Notes: generated by a model from the letters alone, not told the origin. A stretch of 64,000 nt of DNA from Clostridia bacterium (GCA_035409945.1 DAONQC010000006.1:12570-76569); one strand, 5' to 3'; counted from the stretch's first letter, positions 1-8,599 are shown. A program made the numbers and translations.

Positions 1-950
1 CGGACAATAACAAGAAAGCGGGAGAATTTTGGCTAACTGGTTCACAGAGCTACTCGATAATGAGAAATGTAACAGAATCTCTAGCTGGAAGAATAGGCAT
101 TATGAATATGTATTCGCTAACACATAGTGAAATAAAAGGGAGCTTACTTGATGCACCCATTGATTTTAGTTTTGACAACCTAACAAATAGTCGTGCAAAT
201 AGCCCCAAGTTAGACTTACAAGAAGTGTTTAAATATATTTATTTCGGAGGGATGCCTAAGCTTATAAATGCAAGCGAGAAAGAAAGAGATAGCTATTTTA
301 GTTCGTACATACATTCATACCTAATGAGGGATATAATGGAACTCGGAAAAATTTCCGACATTGTGAAGTTTAATTTGTTTTTATCTGCATGTGCTCTGCA
401 GGTAGGGAATGTGGTAAACTATGCAAATTTAGCAAATGTAGCAGGTATTTCTCAACCGACTGCAAAAGAGTGGTTAGATATGTTACAAGGTATGGGAATT
501 GTGTATTTAATTCGGCCATATTTTAACAATTCTCTTAAAAGATTAACAAAAACTCCTAAGTTGTATTTTTATGACACAGGCCTTTGTTCATATATATCGC
601 GAGTACCTTCTGCTGGAAATCTGCAATTAAGTTATATGGCTGGAGCATATTTTGAAAACTATGTAATGAATCAATTAGTTATTAAATATGACCTCATGTA
701 CAATGCGCCACAAATCTATTTTTATAGAGATAGTGACAAAAATGAAATTGATATTTTATTAGAGGATTTTAATGGCTTTACGCCACTTGAAATTAAGATG
801 TCAGCCAATCCAAATAAGAGAGTTGTAAGCCGATTTAAGGTTATAGAAAAACTTGGTAAACAAGTAAAGAATGGTGGCATCATCTGTTTAATTGATGATA
901 TTTATCCAATCGATGAGAAAAACAGCCTAATTCCAGTTTCGGTACTATAA
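1..950 (+). CDS. AAA+ ATPase, DUF4143 family, C-terminal part (5' end outside window)
   Basis: Frame is open from base 3 (DNNKKAGEFWLTGSQSYSIMRN...), so the Met at 60 is internal. SLAGR motif and C-terminal EIDILLE...LEIK (PD-(D/E)xK-like) block are shared with paralogs at 11174 and 12637. Confidence 0.8.
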   Translation, partial: DNNKKAGEFWLTGSQSYSIMRNVTESLAGRIGIMNMYSLTHSEIKGSLLDAPIDFSFDNLTNSRANSPKLDLQEVFKYIYFGGMPKLINASEKERDSYFSSYIHSYLMRDIMELGKISDIVKFNLFLSACALQVGNVVNYANLANVAGISQPTAKEWLDMLQGMGIVYLIRPYFNNSLKRLTKTPKLYFYDTGLCSYISRVPSAGNLQLSYMAGAYFENYVMNQLVIKYDLMYNAPQIYFYRDSDKNEIDILLEDFNGFTPLEIKMSANPNKRVVSRFKVIEKLGKQVKNGGIICLIDDIYPIDEKNSLIPVSVL

Positions 951-1129
951 TTTATCAGATTCCATATAATTGCCAAAAACAAGAATATGTAACGATTAAC
1001 TAAGGAAATGTTGTATAGTCATTCAGTCATGTTTTGATTGGTCTGAATTGTCTCTTGAACGCATTTTTGCTATCATGTTATTAATGGCGCTAAAGCGAGA
1101 TGCGATGATCGAGTTGAAAGGTGGTTGTT

Positions 1130-1417
1130 ATGAAAACTTGGACAGATTATAAAGAACATGTAAGAGAAACTAATCCTGAAATTGGGAAAGATATTGATGA
1201 GATGGAAGCCGTAGCTAGGATTGTGGGCGCTATGATTGAGCGTAGGCATGAGCTTAATCTTTCACAGCGCGATCTAGCTTTGCTTTGTGACATCCCTCAT
1301 TCTACTGTTGCTAGAATTGAATCAGGAAAGACAGTGCCTAATCTTAATACATTGCTAAAGGTTTTTAGATACCTTGATATAAATTTAGTGGTAGAAAAAT
1401 CAATCGATGTATTGTAA
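1130..1417 (+). CDS. XRE-family helix-turn-helix protein (antitoxin-like, orphan)
   Basis: LSQRDLALLCDIPHSTVARIESGKTVPNLNTLLKV HTH motif. AAGGTGG Shine-Dalgarno precedes the ATG at 1130 (the ORF-track start at 1121 is GTG). Confidence 0.7.
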   Translation: MKTWTDYKEHVRETNPEIGKDIDEMEAVARIVGAMIERRHELNLSQRDLALLCDIPHSTVARIESGKTVPNLNTLLKVFRYLDINLVVEKSIDVL

Positions 1418-1556
1418 TGTTTATAAGGGCACGAAAGTATAGGGGTATTATTCATGTCGGCTTTCGTGGAAAATAAAGTGGACTTTAGATTTTACGAAGC
1501 TTTCTTGAGTTTGGCGGTATAGGTTCCTAAAATACTGAAAAATGATTGCTGAATAT

Positions 1557-1592
1557 GTAAAAACGAGGCTAGTGATAGCCTCGTTTGGTTTG
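1557..1592. terminator. Bidirectional rho-independent terminator between HTH gene and parB
   Basis: 9-bp stem ACGAGGCTA (1563-1571) / TAGCCTCGT (1576-1584) with loop GTGA. Flanked by an A-run on the left and TTTGGTTTG on the right. Confidence 0.75.
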
Positions 1593-1612
1593 TATATTAA
1601 ATGATTTGGAGA

Positions 1613-2515
1613 TTATAAATCTTTTAAGTGTTCAACCAGTTCGAAGATTCTTTGTAGGTCGTCTGCGTTGAAGTAGTCTATGATAATTCTTCCTTTCTTA
1701 TCGTTTCCAACTAGCTTTACCTTAGTTCTAAAGACTCTCTTCATGTCGTCTACTAGATTTCTCATTTCGAGTGTTAGTCTTGCTTTTTCAGCTGCTGAGA
1801 TTCTCTTTGGTTTTAATTCTGGATTTAGATAGTAACGAACCTTTTTCTCTAAGTCCCTAACAGACATTCCACCATCAGCTGCATTGTATGCGTAGTCTAC
1901 TTGGTCTTCCTTTTTAGTTATAGGAATTAGCGTTCTAGCGTGTCCAGCAGATAATCTATTTTGACGGACAAGGCTCTTAACTTCATCATCTAATTGTAGT
2001 AAACGAAGAGAGTTGGTAACACTTGATCTCGCTTTGCCAATACGCTCTGCAAGTTGCTCTTGAGTATATCCATTAATACTCATAAGTTCGCGAAGTGCTT
2101 CTGCTTCTTCAATTGCATTTAGGTTTTCTCTTTGTAAGTTCTCGATAAGACTTACTTCTCTAATCATACTCTCGTCAAACTGCTTAACGATAGCGGGAAC
2201 AGTTTCTAAACCTAGTTTCTTCGCAGCGCGATATCTTCTTTCACCAGCAACTATCATGTACTTGTCGCCACGTTTAACTAAAATCAGTGGTTGTAAAATG
2301 CCATGAACTTTAATGCTTTGTGCTAATTCATTTTGTTCTGCCTCACCAAAAGTCTTTCGTGGTTGGTCGGGGTTAGGGAATATTTTAGATAGTTCTAATT
2401 CATAAACAGATGTGGAAGTGTTTTCTACTACATCTACGACTGTTGTTTCTTCAATGGTTTCATCTTCAATGCTAGCAAGAAGGTCAGTCAATCCTTTTCC
2501 TAATTTCTTTGCCAT
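1613..2515 (-). CDS. parB: ParB/Spo0J-family chromosome partitioning protein
   Basis: N-terminal KGLGKGL-like LGKGLTDLL, GERRYRAAKKLGL ParB box, HTH, and C-terminal dimerisation segment. GGAGG RBS. Confidence 0.9.
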   Translation of the reverse strand: MAKKLGKGLTDLLASIEDETIEETTVVDVVENTSTSVYELELSKIFPNPDQPRKTFGEAEQNELAQSIKVHGILQPLILVKRGDKYMIVAGERRYRAAKKLGLETVPAIVKQFDESMIREVSLIENLQRENLNAIEEAEALRELMSINGYTQEQLAERIGKARSSVTNSLRLLQLDDEVKSLVRQNRLSAGHARTLIPITKKEDQVDYAYNAADGGMSVRDLEKKVRYYLNPELKPKRISAAEKARLTLEMRNLVDDMKRVFRTKVKLVGNDKKGRIIIDYFNADDLQRIFELVEHLKDL

Positions 2516-2614
2516 TTATTTTTTCCTCCAAATTTCGTGCTCTAATATTATATATAATGTTTAATAAAATTACATCCTTTTTTAAGTATTTTGCGTCATA
2601 GCGCAGATTCGAGT

Positions 2615-2653
2615 GGATATCTACCGTTGCACTCACTATGATAACTAACACAT
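2615..2653 (+). repeat. Copy of a dispersed intergenic repeat (GGATATCTACCGTTGCACTCACTATGATAACTAACACAT)
   Basis: About 85% identical to 34687-34724 and about 75% to 25471-25508. All copies are intergenic. Confidence 0.7.
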
Positions 2654-2812
2654 AGCCACAGATTCACTAAACCACAAGAAGTTTGAGCATAAACTGTTAA
2701 GAAAGTGATTTTTAGTATAAGGTATGTACTTAGTGAGTGTTTTTCATTGGTTAGTTTATGTATTTAATGTATAGCAAGATACACTAAATATTAACGCACT
2801 TAAGCTAAACTA

Positions 2813-3532
2813 TCAGGCAAGAGGTTTTTTTAGAATTAGCTTAGTATCACGAGGATACATTTCAGGGGTGCCTGAAGTTTTTTCATATATTAGTATAACT
2901 CTACTAGCATCGGATAAGGGATACTCTTCAGCTTTTATGAATGTAGCACCCAAAGTTTCCGCTGCTTTACTTCCAGCTGTGAATTCTTCAATATAGTTAG
3001 GTCCTTTGTATGCAATAAACTTTCCACCAAGTTTTAGTAGGGGTAGTGCATATTCTAGCAATACATTTAGTGGAGCAAGTGCTCTTGCTAGTACTATATC
3101 AAACTTTTCTCTATGTATATCATTTTGTCCAAGTACTTCTATTCGCTCAGGGATTACGGTTACTTTATTTAGTGATAGTAGGTCTATAGCGCTGTTTAGA
3201 AATGTAGCCTTTTTCTTTATACTCTCAACTAAAGTTATATATAGATCTTCTCTCATTATTTTGAGTGGTATTCCAGGGAAGCCTGCTCCACTCCCAATAT
3301 CCACAACGCTAGAACATAGTGGAATATATTTTGCTGGTATAACGCTATCTAGAAAATGCTTATATATGACATCAGTAACATTAGTTATAGCCGTTAAATT
3401 TATCTTTTTATTAGTCTCGTTTAAGAAGTTATAGTACTTAAAAAAACTATCTATTTGCAAGCTTGATGGTTGAAATCCACACGGCGCAAATGCCTTTTTA
3501 AGCTCTTCTTTGAACGATAACGGTGCGCTCAA
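2813..3532 (-). CDS. rsmG: 16S rRNA (guanine527-N7)-methyltransferase RsmG/GidB
   Basis: VVDIGSGAGFPGIPLKI SAM-binding motif and typical length. TTG start 6 nt after AGGAGG. Synteny with parB. Confidence 0.9.
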   Translation of the reverse strand: MSAPLSFKEELKKAFAPCGFQPSSLQIDSFFKYYNFLNETNKKINLTAITNVTDVIYKHFLDSVIPAKYIPLCSSVVDIGSGAGFPGIPLKIMREDLYITLVESIKKKATFLNSAIDLLSLNKVTVIPERIEVLGQNDIHREKFDIVLARALAPLNVLLEYALPLLKLGGKFIAYKGPNYIEEFTAGSKAAETLGATFIKAEEYPLSDASRVILIYEKTSGTPEMYPRDTKLILKKPLA

Positions 3533-3622
3533 TACGACCTCCTTTTAAAACCTTTTTTGTAGCCATAGATACAAAATAGATATTGAAACCATACTGGTGA
3601 TTATAGTATATCACTTCACGAG

Positions 3623-3890
3623 CCCATTGACAATAACGAGACTTTAGGGGGTGTCTTATGTCGTTGTAATTAAGCCAGTTGTTGTATTCGTTTATATAGT
3701 TTTTAGAAAAATAAGGCACATTGATAATAATGAGACTTTAGGGGGCGTCTTATGCCGTGTTAATTAAGGAATTAGTAGTATTCATTTACATATATTACTC
3801 TAACTACTAAGGCTCGTTGGCAATGATGAGACTTTTTGGCATCCTATGGTGTGGCAATAGAGTTAGTTGTCATAATAAGCGCAACAGTAA
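3623..3890 (+). repeat. Three degenerate tandem repeats of about 91-97 nt
   Basis: Units start near 3623, 3714 and 3811. Shared core is TTGA(C/T)AATAA(C/T)GAGACTTTAGGGGG(T/C)GTCTTATG. Confidence 0.75.
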
Positions 3891-4002
3891 ACCTGGTACG
3901 AAAGCTTCCCAAAATAAGTGCAACTCGTTGATTTGTGACAAAAGATATTACTATTAGAATTCTCATATAAAAACTGTCGTGAGTGGCATCGAATTATAGA
4001 TA

Positions 4003-4059
4003 TTCACTTGTTAACAGTGAAAATAGTGAATATTCACTTTGTACAGTGAATTAAGTGAT
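4003..4059. promoter_or_regulatory. Array of AGTGAA/TTCACT hexamers forming three overlapping palindromes (candidate operator)
   Basis: TTCACT at 4003 and 4033; AGTGAA at 4016, 4025 and 4045; AGTGAT at 4054. Perfect 14-bp palindrome AGTGAATATTCACT at 4025-4038. Ends 16 nt upstream of the nfnA -35. Confidence 0.5.
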
Positions 4060-4074
4060 ATGCTCACACGAGCG

Positions 4075-4103
4075 TTGCGGAAATATGCGCGCGCGTGTAT
4101 AAT
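4075..4103 (+). promoter_or_regulatory. Sigma-A-type promoter of the nfnAB-like operon
   Basis: TTGCGG (4075-4080), 17-nt spacer, TATAAT (4098-4103). The spacer is an alternating GC tract, ATATGCGCGCGCGTG. Confidence 0.6.
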
Positions 4104-4137
4104 AACTGTATTGTTTTTAAGAGTTTGGAGGATTAAT

Positions 4138-4968
4138 TTGTACAATATATTAGCAAAAAGAGAACTGGCAAAAGACATTAACGAATATGTAATAGAGGCA
4201 CCAATGGTTGCAAAGAATGCAAAACCTGGTCAGTTTATAATCCTAATCGTTGAAGAAGGTGGAGAAAGAGTTCCCTTTACCATTTGTGACATGAATAAAG
4301 TTTTAGGCACTGTTACGATTTTAGTTCAAACGGTAGGCGCTACAACTGCTAAGCTTGCTAAACTTAAAGCTGGCGATACCATAGCTGAGTTTGTAGGTCC
4401 ACTTGGAAACCCCACTGATTTATCGGGATATAAAAAGGTTATGCTTGTTGGTGGTGGTATTGGCGGTGCCGTCATTTATCCCCAAGCAAAACTTCTTCAT
4501 CAATCCGGCATTGCTCCAGTAACCGTAATGGGAGCACGAAATAGAGATTTATTAATATATGAAAATGAAATGAGAACATATAGTTCAAGATTTTATCCCA
4601 TGACTGATGATGGTTCATATGGAGATAAGGGCTTTGTAACAAATAAGGTAAAAGAACTTTTAGATAATGAAGATTTTGATGTAATACTTGCAGTAGGTCC
4701 GCTACCCATGATGGAAGCTGTCACCAATGTAGCAAGAGATAACCCAGTAAAAGTCATAGTCAGTATGAATAGTGTAATGGTAGATGGAACTGGTATGTGT
4801 GGCTGTTGTAGAGTTACCGTGGGTGGAGAAACTAAATATGCCTGTGTCGATGGACCAGAGTTTGATGGTAAACTCATTGACTTTACAGAAGCTAGAACTA
4901 GAGCCAGCTTTTACAAAGAATTCGAAACTGAAGAAGATTGCAAAATTAGAGGACCAAGGAAAAAATAA
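4138..4968 (+). CDS. nfnA: NfnA-like FAD/NAD(P)-binding, [2Fe-2S] oxidoreductase subunit (PyrK/ferredoxin-NADP reductase-like)
   Basis: TTG start 7 nt after GGAGG gives (M)YNILAKRELAKDINEYVIEAPMVAKNAKPGQF, the typical N-terminus of this family. C-terminal CGCCRV...C cluster. The ORF-track start at 4039 lies upstream of the promoter. Confidence 0.8.
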   Translation: MYNILAKRELAKDINEYVIEAPMVAKNAKPGQFIILIVEEGGERVPFTICDMNKVLGTVTILVQTVGATTAKLAKLKAGDTIAEFVGPLGNPTDLSGYKKVMLVGGGIGGAVIYPQAKLLHQSGIAPVTVMGARNRDLLIYENEMRTYSSRFYPMTDDGSYGDKGFVTNKVKELLDNEDFDVILAVGPLPMMEAVTNVARDNPVKVIVSMNSVMVDGTGMCGCCRVTVGGETKYACVDGPEFDGKLIDFTEARTRASFYKEFETEEDCKIRGPRKK

Positions 4969-5180
4969 AGATTTTAGATATCCTGTAATAATCCTTGGTC
5001 GATAGACATACGCAAAGACTTCGAAACTTGGGAAGACTGCAAAATATTGGATCAAGAAAAAATAATGCTTTGTTAATAGACATGCGTTTCTAAAGAATAG
5101 GAAACCGAGGAAGACCATAAAATTAGAGGACCGAGAAAAAATAGAGATTAAGATATCCAGTAATAATACTTGGGTAGTGG
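4918..5180 (+). repeat. 3' echo of nfnA: real 3' end plus two degenerate tandem copies
   Basis: Units start at 4918, 5017 and 5095 (spacing 99 and 78 nt). EFETEEDCKIRGPRKK* is re-read as DFETWEDCKILDQEK... and *ETEEDHKIRGPRKN... Confidence 0.85.
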
Positions 5181-5198
5181 AAATAAAAGAGGATAAAT

Positions 5199-6569
5199 AT
5201 GGCAATACAGAAAAGAAATAAACCTTCAGAACTTAACCCTAATGTTAGGAATAAAAACTTTGAAGAAGTGACTAGAGTATTTACTGCCGAAATGGCTGTG
5301 AATGAAGCAACTAGATGCTTGCAATGTAAGGCAAAACCTTGCGTTAGTGGATGCCCAGTAGGTATAGATATCCCAGCCTTTATAGCAAAGATAAAAGCTA
5401 GTGATTTTGATGGTGCAGCAGATGTAATAAGTGAAGCAAATTTACTTCCTTCCATATGTGGAAGAGTATGCCCCCAAGAGACTCAATGTGAGGCGCGTTG
5501 TGTGCTAAATAAAATGGGAGAACCTGTCGCAATAGGAGCTCTTGAAAAATTCATAGGTGATTACAAACTGGCAAGAGGAATTAAAACTGAACCAGTCAAA
5601 AAGATTGGTAGAAGAGTTGCAATAGTTGGAAGTGGACCTGCTGGATTGACATGCGCTGCAGATCTTGCAAGAGAAGGTTTTGAGGTTACAATATTTGAAG
5701 CATTTCAAAGACCAGGCGGAGTATTAACTTACGGAATACCGGAGTTTAGGCTTCCAAAGCGTGTAGTTCAGAATGAGATAAAGACACTTAAAGAACTGGG
5801 AGTGGTCATAAAATGTAATGTTGTCGTGGGCAAAACTGTAATGTTAAATGAGCTCCTCGAAGAGTACAATGCAGTCTTCATAGGCACCGGTGCAGGACTG
5901 CCGACCTTCCAAGGGATACCTGGAGAAAACTTACCTGGGGTATATAGTGCAAATGAATACTTAACAAGAGTAAACCTTATGGAAGCTAGAAAAGAAGGTA
6001 GTGCGACTCCAGTATATAGAGGTAAAAAAGTTGTTGTAGTAGGCGCTGGTAATGTAGCTATGGATAGTGCAAGAACAGCTATAAGAATGGGTGCTGACGA
6101 AGTATCAATTGTATACAGAAGATCTAGAAAAGAAATGCCTGCAAGGCTAGAGGAAATCCACCATGCTGAAGAGGAAGGAATTAAGATGTTACTCCTTACC
6201 AATCCTGTTGAAGTTTTAGGTGAAAAGAAGGTTGAAGGTATACGGTGTATTAAGATGGAACTGGGCGAACCTGACGATAGAGGAAGGGCAAGACCTATTG
6301 AAATCAAAGGTAGCGAGTTTGATATAGAGTGTGACCAGTTAATTATGGCAATTGGGACTAGCCCAAACCCACTGCTTCATAAAGCAACTCCCGATCTTGA
6401 TGTTACAAATAGAGGGATAATAATAACCAATGAAGACGGATTAACATCCATTCCTAATGTATATGCAGGAGGAGACGCAGCAACGGGAGCTGCAACAGTA
6501 ATTTTAGCTATGAGCGCTGGAAGAAAGGCAGCAAAAGCTATAAAAGAATCACTGTTGAAGACAGAGTAG
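5199..6569 (+). CDS. nfnB: NfnB / glutamate-synthase small-subunit-like NADPH oxidoreductase (2x[4Fe-4S], FAD)
   Basis: CxxCxxxPC and CPxxxxC Fe-S motifs, VAIVGSGPAGL and VVVVGAGNVAMD dinucleotide folds. Adjacent to nfnA. Confidence 0.85.
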   Translation: MAIQKRNKPSELNPNVRNKNFEEVTRVFTAEMAVNEATRCLQCKAKPCVSGCPVGIDIPAFIAKIKASDFDGAADVISEANLLPSICGRVCPQETQCEARCVLNKMGEPVAIGALEKFIGDYKLARGIKTEPVKKIGRRVAIVGSGPAGLTCAADLAREGFEVTIFEAFQRPGGVLTYGIPEFRLPKRVVQNEIKTLKELGVVIKCNVVVGKTVMLNELLEEYNAVFIGTGAGLPTFQGIPGENLPGVYSANEYLTRVNLMEARKEGSATPVYRGKKVVVVGAGNVAMDSARTAIRMGADEVSIVYRRSRKEMPARLEEIHHAEEEGIKMLLLTNPVEVLGEKKVEGIRCIKMELGEPDDRGRARPIEIKGSEFDIECDQLIMAIGTSPNPLLHKATPDLDVTNRGIIITNEDGLTSIPNVYAGGDAATGAATVILAMSAGRKAAKAIKESLLKTE

Positions 6570-6620
6570 TCTTTATTTGAATATGCAGGAAAAGAATTAT
6601 TGTTAAAGACTGAGTGGCTC
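6542..6620 (+). repeat. 3' echo of nfnB (one copy)
   Basis: AAAAGAATCACTGTTGAAGACAGAGTAGTC (includes the stop) is repeated 48 nt later as AAAAGAATTATTGTTAAAGACTGAGTGGCTC. Confidence 0.7.
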
Positions 6621-6805
6621 CTATCCTTAGCGCATAGATGTGTAGAGATATTCTAGCTGTAATCTAAACTGCGAGCGATAAAGAATAATAATAAAAGCAA
6701 GAAGCATAGGATAAAGGCAGTAAAGGCTTCGGAGGTAAAATAACTTCAATTCATAAAAATCATTAATAAATTAGATTTGTAAAACGTTTACATGTATATA
6801 AAACA

Positions 6806-8215
6806 ATGGAAAAAAAGATATTTAGAGACAAAAAGGAAAAGTGGTATAGACTAGATTCGTCTGCAGATATGTATACTATGAGTTTATCTAGAGTTACACA
6901 AAGTAACTTTAGAATTACTGCCGAAATGAAAAAAACGGTAGATCCTAATCTTTTACAACAAGCACTAGAAATCACATATACTAGATATCCTTCTTTTAAA
7001 GTCCATTTACGCAAAGGACTATTTAGATTCTACTTTGAAGAAAATAATAGTAAACCTGTAGTTTTTCCGAGCTCTGGTATATTTATGGAAAACATGGACT
7101 TTCGGAAAAACAATAGATATGTCATAAGAGTTTCTTACTTTGAAAGCAATATAATAGCTGATTATTTCCACGGATTAACCGATGGGACAGGTGCAATAGA
7201 GTTTTTTAAAACCCTCATATATACCTACTTAAAACTCTCTGGGGAAAATATATTAGAAACTGATAATATAAAGGTCCCTGGCTCGGATATAGACCCCGAA
7301 GAGATGGAAGATGCGACCGCTAAATATTTTAAAGACTTTCCTTTAAACGACAAGGCTATTGCTTCAATGACAGGTAAAAACTCCATATACATAAAAGACA
7401 AACCACTTGTGCGTCCTGGTTTTGGCGTGATTAGAGGCTATGTAGACGCATCTAAGATTAAAGATCTTGCAAAGAAATACGATTGTAGTATAACCGAATA
7501 TTTAGCCGCATTAGCCTTAATTTCCATTAACTCAACATTTGTGAAAAGTGGTGACAAGAAAAACCTCAATGTAATGATTCCGGTCAATTTAAGAAATATT
7601 TTTCCTTCAAAGACACTACATAACTTTACAACGCTAGTTCGGTGCGAACTTGATCAACATAAAGTTGAGCCTGACATGCAAGCATATGTAGATGTAATAA
7701 AGGAAGATTTAAGAAAAGGGGTAGCAGATCACGATTTATTAAATAAAAAGTTATCCATTGCAGCACTTATGGCTAAAAAGATATATTTACGCCTTATGCC
7801 CAGCATGTTTAAAATGATATTTATAAAAGTTCCAAAAACTCCACTCATTAGACCAAGGCAATCCCTAATCTTATCAAATCTTGGGATATTTAAAGTACCT
7901 GATGATGTGGGGAGACACATAAAGAGTGTAGCATTTAATGTAAATGTAAGTAGTAAAACTCCCATCAATGTTGGTGTTTTAACGCATAATGGTATTGCCT
8001 GCATAAGCTTTACAAACCAGATTTCAAATACTGAATTTGAAAGAGAGTTCTTTACTCGTTTAGTGAAAGAAGGCGTAGAGGTTAAAATCTCCTCCAATAA
8101 CCGTATTGAATCAGATAATCAAGAAAGAAGCCGTAGAGGAAGAATAGCCATTAAAAAAGATTATTTGATAGAAAAGAAAAACCAGATTATAAAGAAAAAA
8201 CCCGAAACCAAATAA
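6806..8215 (+). CDS. Condensation-domain-like acyltransferase (HxxxD family)
   Basis: HGLTDGTG catalytic-type motif and about 470 aa length. N-terminal WYRLDSSADMY pattern typical of clostridial alcohol-acetyltransferase-like proteins. Confidence 0.6.
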   Translation: MEKKIFRDKKEKWYRLDSSADMYTMSLSRVTQSNFRITAEMKKTVDPNLLQQALEITYTRYPSFKVHLRKGLFRFYFEENNSKPVVFPSSGIFMENMDFRKNNRYVIRVSYFESNIIADYFHGLTDGTGAIEFFKTLIYTYLKLSGENILETDNIKVPGSDIDPEEMEDATAKYFKDFPLNDKAIASMTGKNSIYIKDKPLVRPGFGVIRGYVDASKIKDLAKKYDCSITEYLAALALISINSTFVKSGDKKNLNVMIPVNLRNIFPSKTLHNFTTLVRCELDQHKVEPDMQAYVDVIKEDLRKGVADHDLLNKKLSIAALMAKKIYLRLMPSMFKMIFIKVPKTPLIRPRQSLILSNLGIFKVPDDVGRHIKSVAFNVNVSSKTPINVGVLTHNGIACISFTNQISNTEFEREFFTRLVKEGVEVKISSNNRIESDNQERSRRGRIAIKKDYLIEKKNQIIKKKPETK

Positions 8216-8250
8216 CATAAATTTAGCGTGACTCAATAAAGTTGGATTTA

Positions 8251-8290
8251 ATACCAGTAATGACTATGTGTTGTTGCTGGTATTTTTATT
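8251..8290 (+). terminator. Rho-independent terminator after the acyltransferase gene
   Basis: ATACCAG (8251-8257) / CTGGTAT (8277-8283) stem followed by TTTTATTTG. Confidence 0.65.
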
Positions 8291-8413
8291 TGCTTATTTT
8301 CCAAAACAAATCAATGTCCGCTTTTAGGGACGCCCAGTATGTCATAATATTTCTATAGGCTAAATTAGGATTATTTTTCGTAATTAATATATGAAGTTAG
8401 CAGGAGGCTTAAA

Positions 8414-8599
8414 ATGAAGAAGATGATAACAAATGACATTAAAAATGCATTTAATGAATATTATAAAAGGCATAAAAAAGGCGATAAGAGCATAAAAAAC
8501 ATCTTGTTTTTAAGTAGCTTCAATATCTGGAAAGCAACAACTGGATGTAAAAAACATTTGCTTCTATCAAATGACTTGAAAAATCAATTTATGATGTAA
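8414..8599 (+). CDS. Hypothetical small basic protein (61 aa)
   Basis: AGGAGG 7 nt upstream of the ATG. No recognisable motif. Confidence 0.3.
   Translation: MKKMITNDIKNAFNEYYKRHKKGDKSIKNILFLSSFNIWKATTGCKKHLLLSNDLKNQFMM

Noticed and set aside
1076-1153. 25-codon ORF upstream of and overlapping the XRE gene, as a possible toxin remnant
   Set aside because: It is too short, has no recognisable RelE/HigB motif and has no RBS.
3006-3434. Long antisense ORFs opposite real genes. Examples are 3006-3434 versus rsmG, 5768-6307 versus nfnB, 25543-26181 versus ecfT, 43990-44559 versus pstS, 18923-19288 and others versus gyrBA, and 31721-32080 / 32123-32485 versus the lipoprotein.
   Set aside because: Each fully overlaps a gene with clear family motifs on the other strand. 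Their translations are low-complexity Ser/Leu/Ile-rich shadow sequences with no motifs and no RBS. Such shadow ORFs are typical of AT-rich genomes.
4039-4137. Upstream start (4039) for the nfnA-like gene given in the ORF track
   Set aside because: The extra 33 codons cover the promoter (-35/-10 at 4075-4103) and the operator-like palindromes. The family N-terminus begins at the TTG at 4138, which has a GGAGG RBS.
3533-4137. Chromosomal origin (oriC) at the rsmG / nfnA strand switch or at the GC-rich block upstream of gyrB
   Set aside because: No dnaA or dnaN gene is present, and there is no cluster of consensus DnaA boxes. The only 8-of-9 match, TTATCCACT at about 30221, is isolated, and the AGTGAA hexamers match at best 6 of 9. 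This cannot be decided without whole-replicon GC skew.
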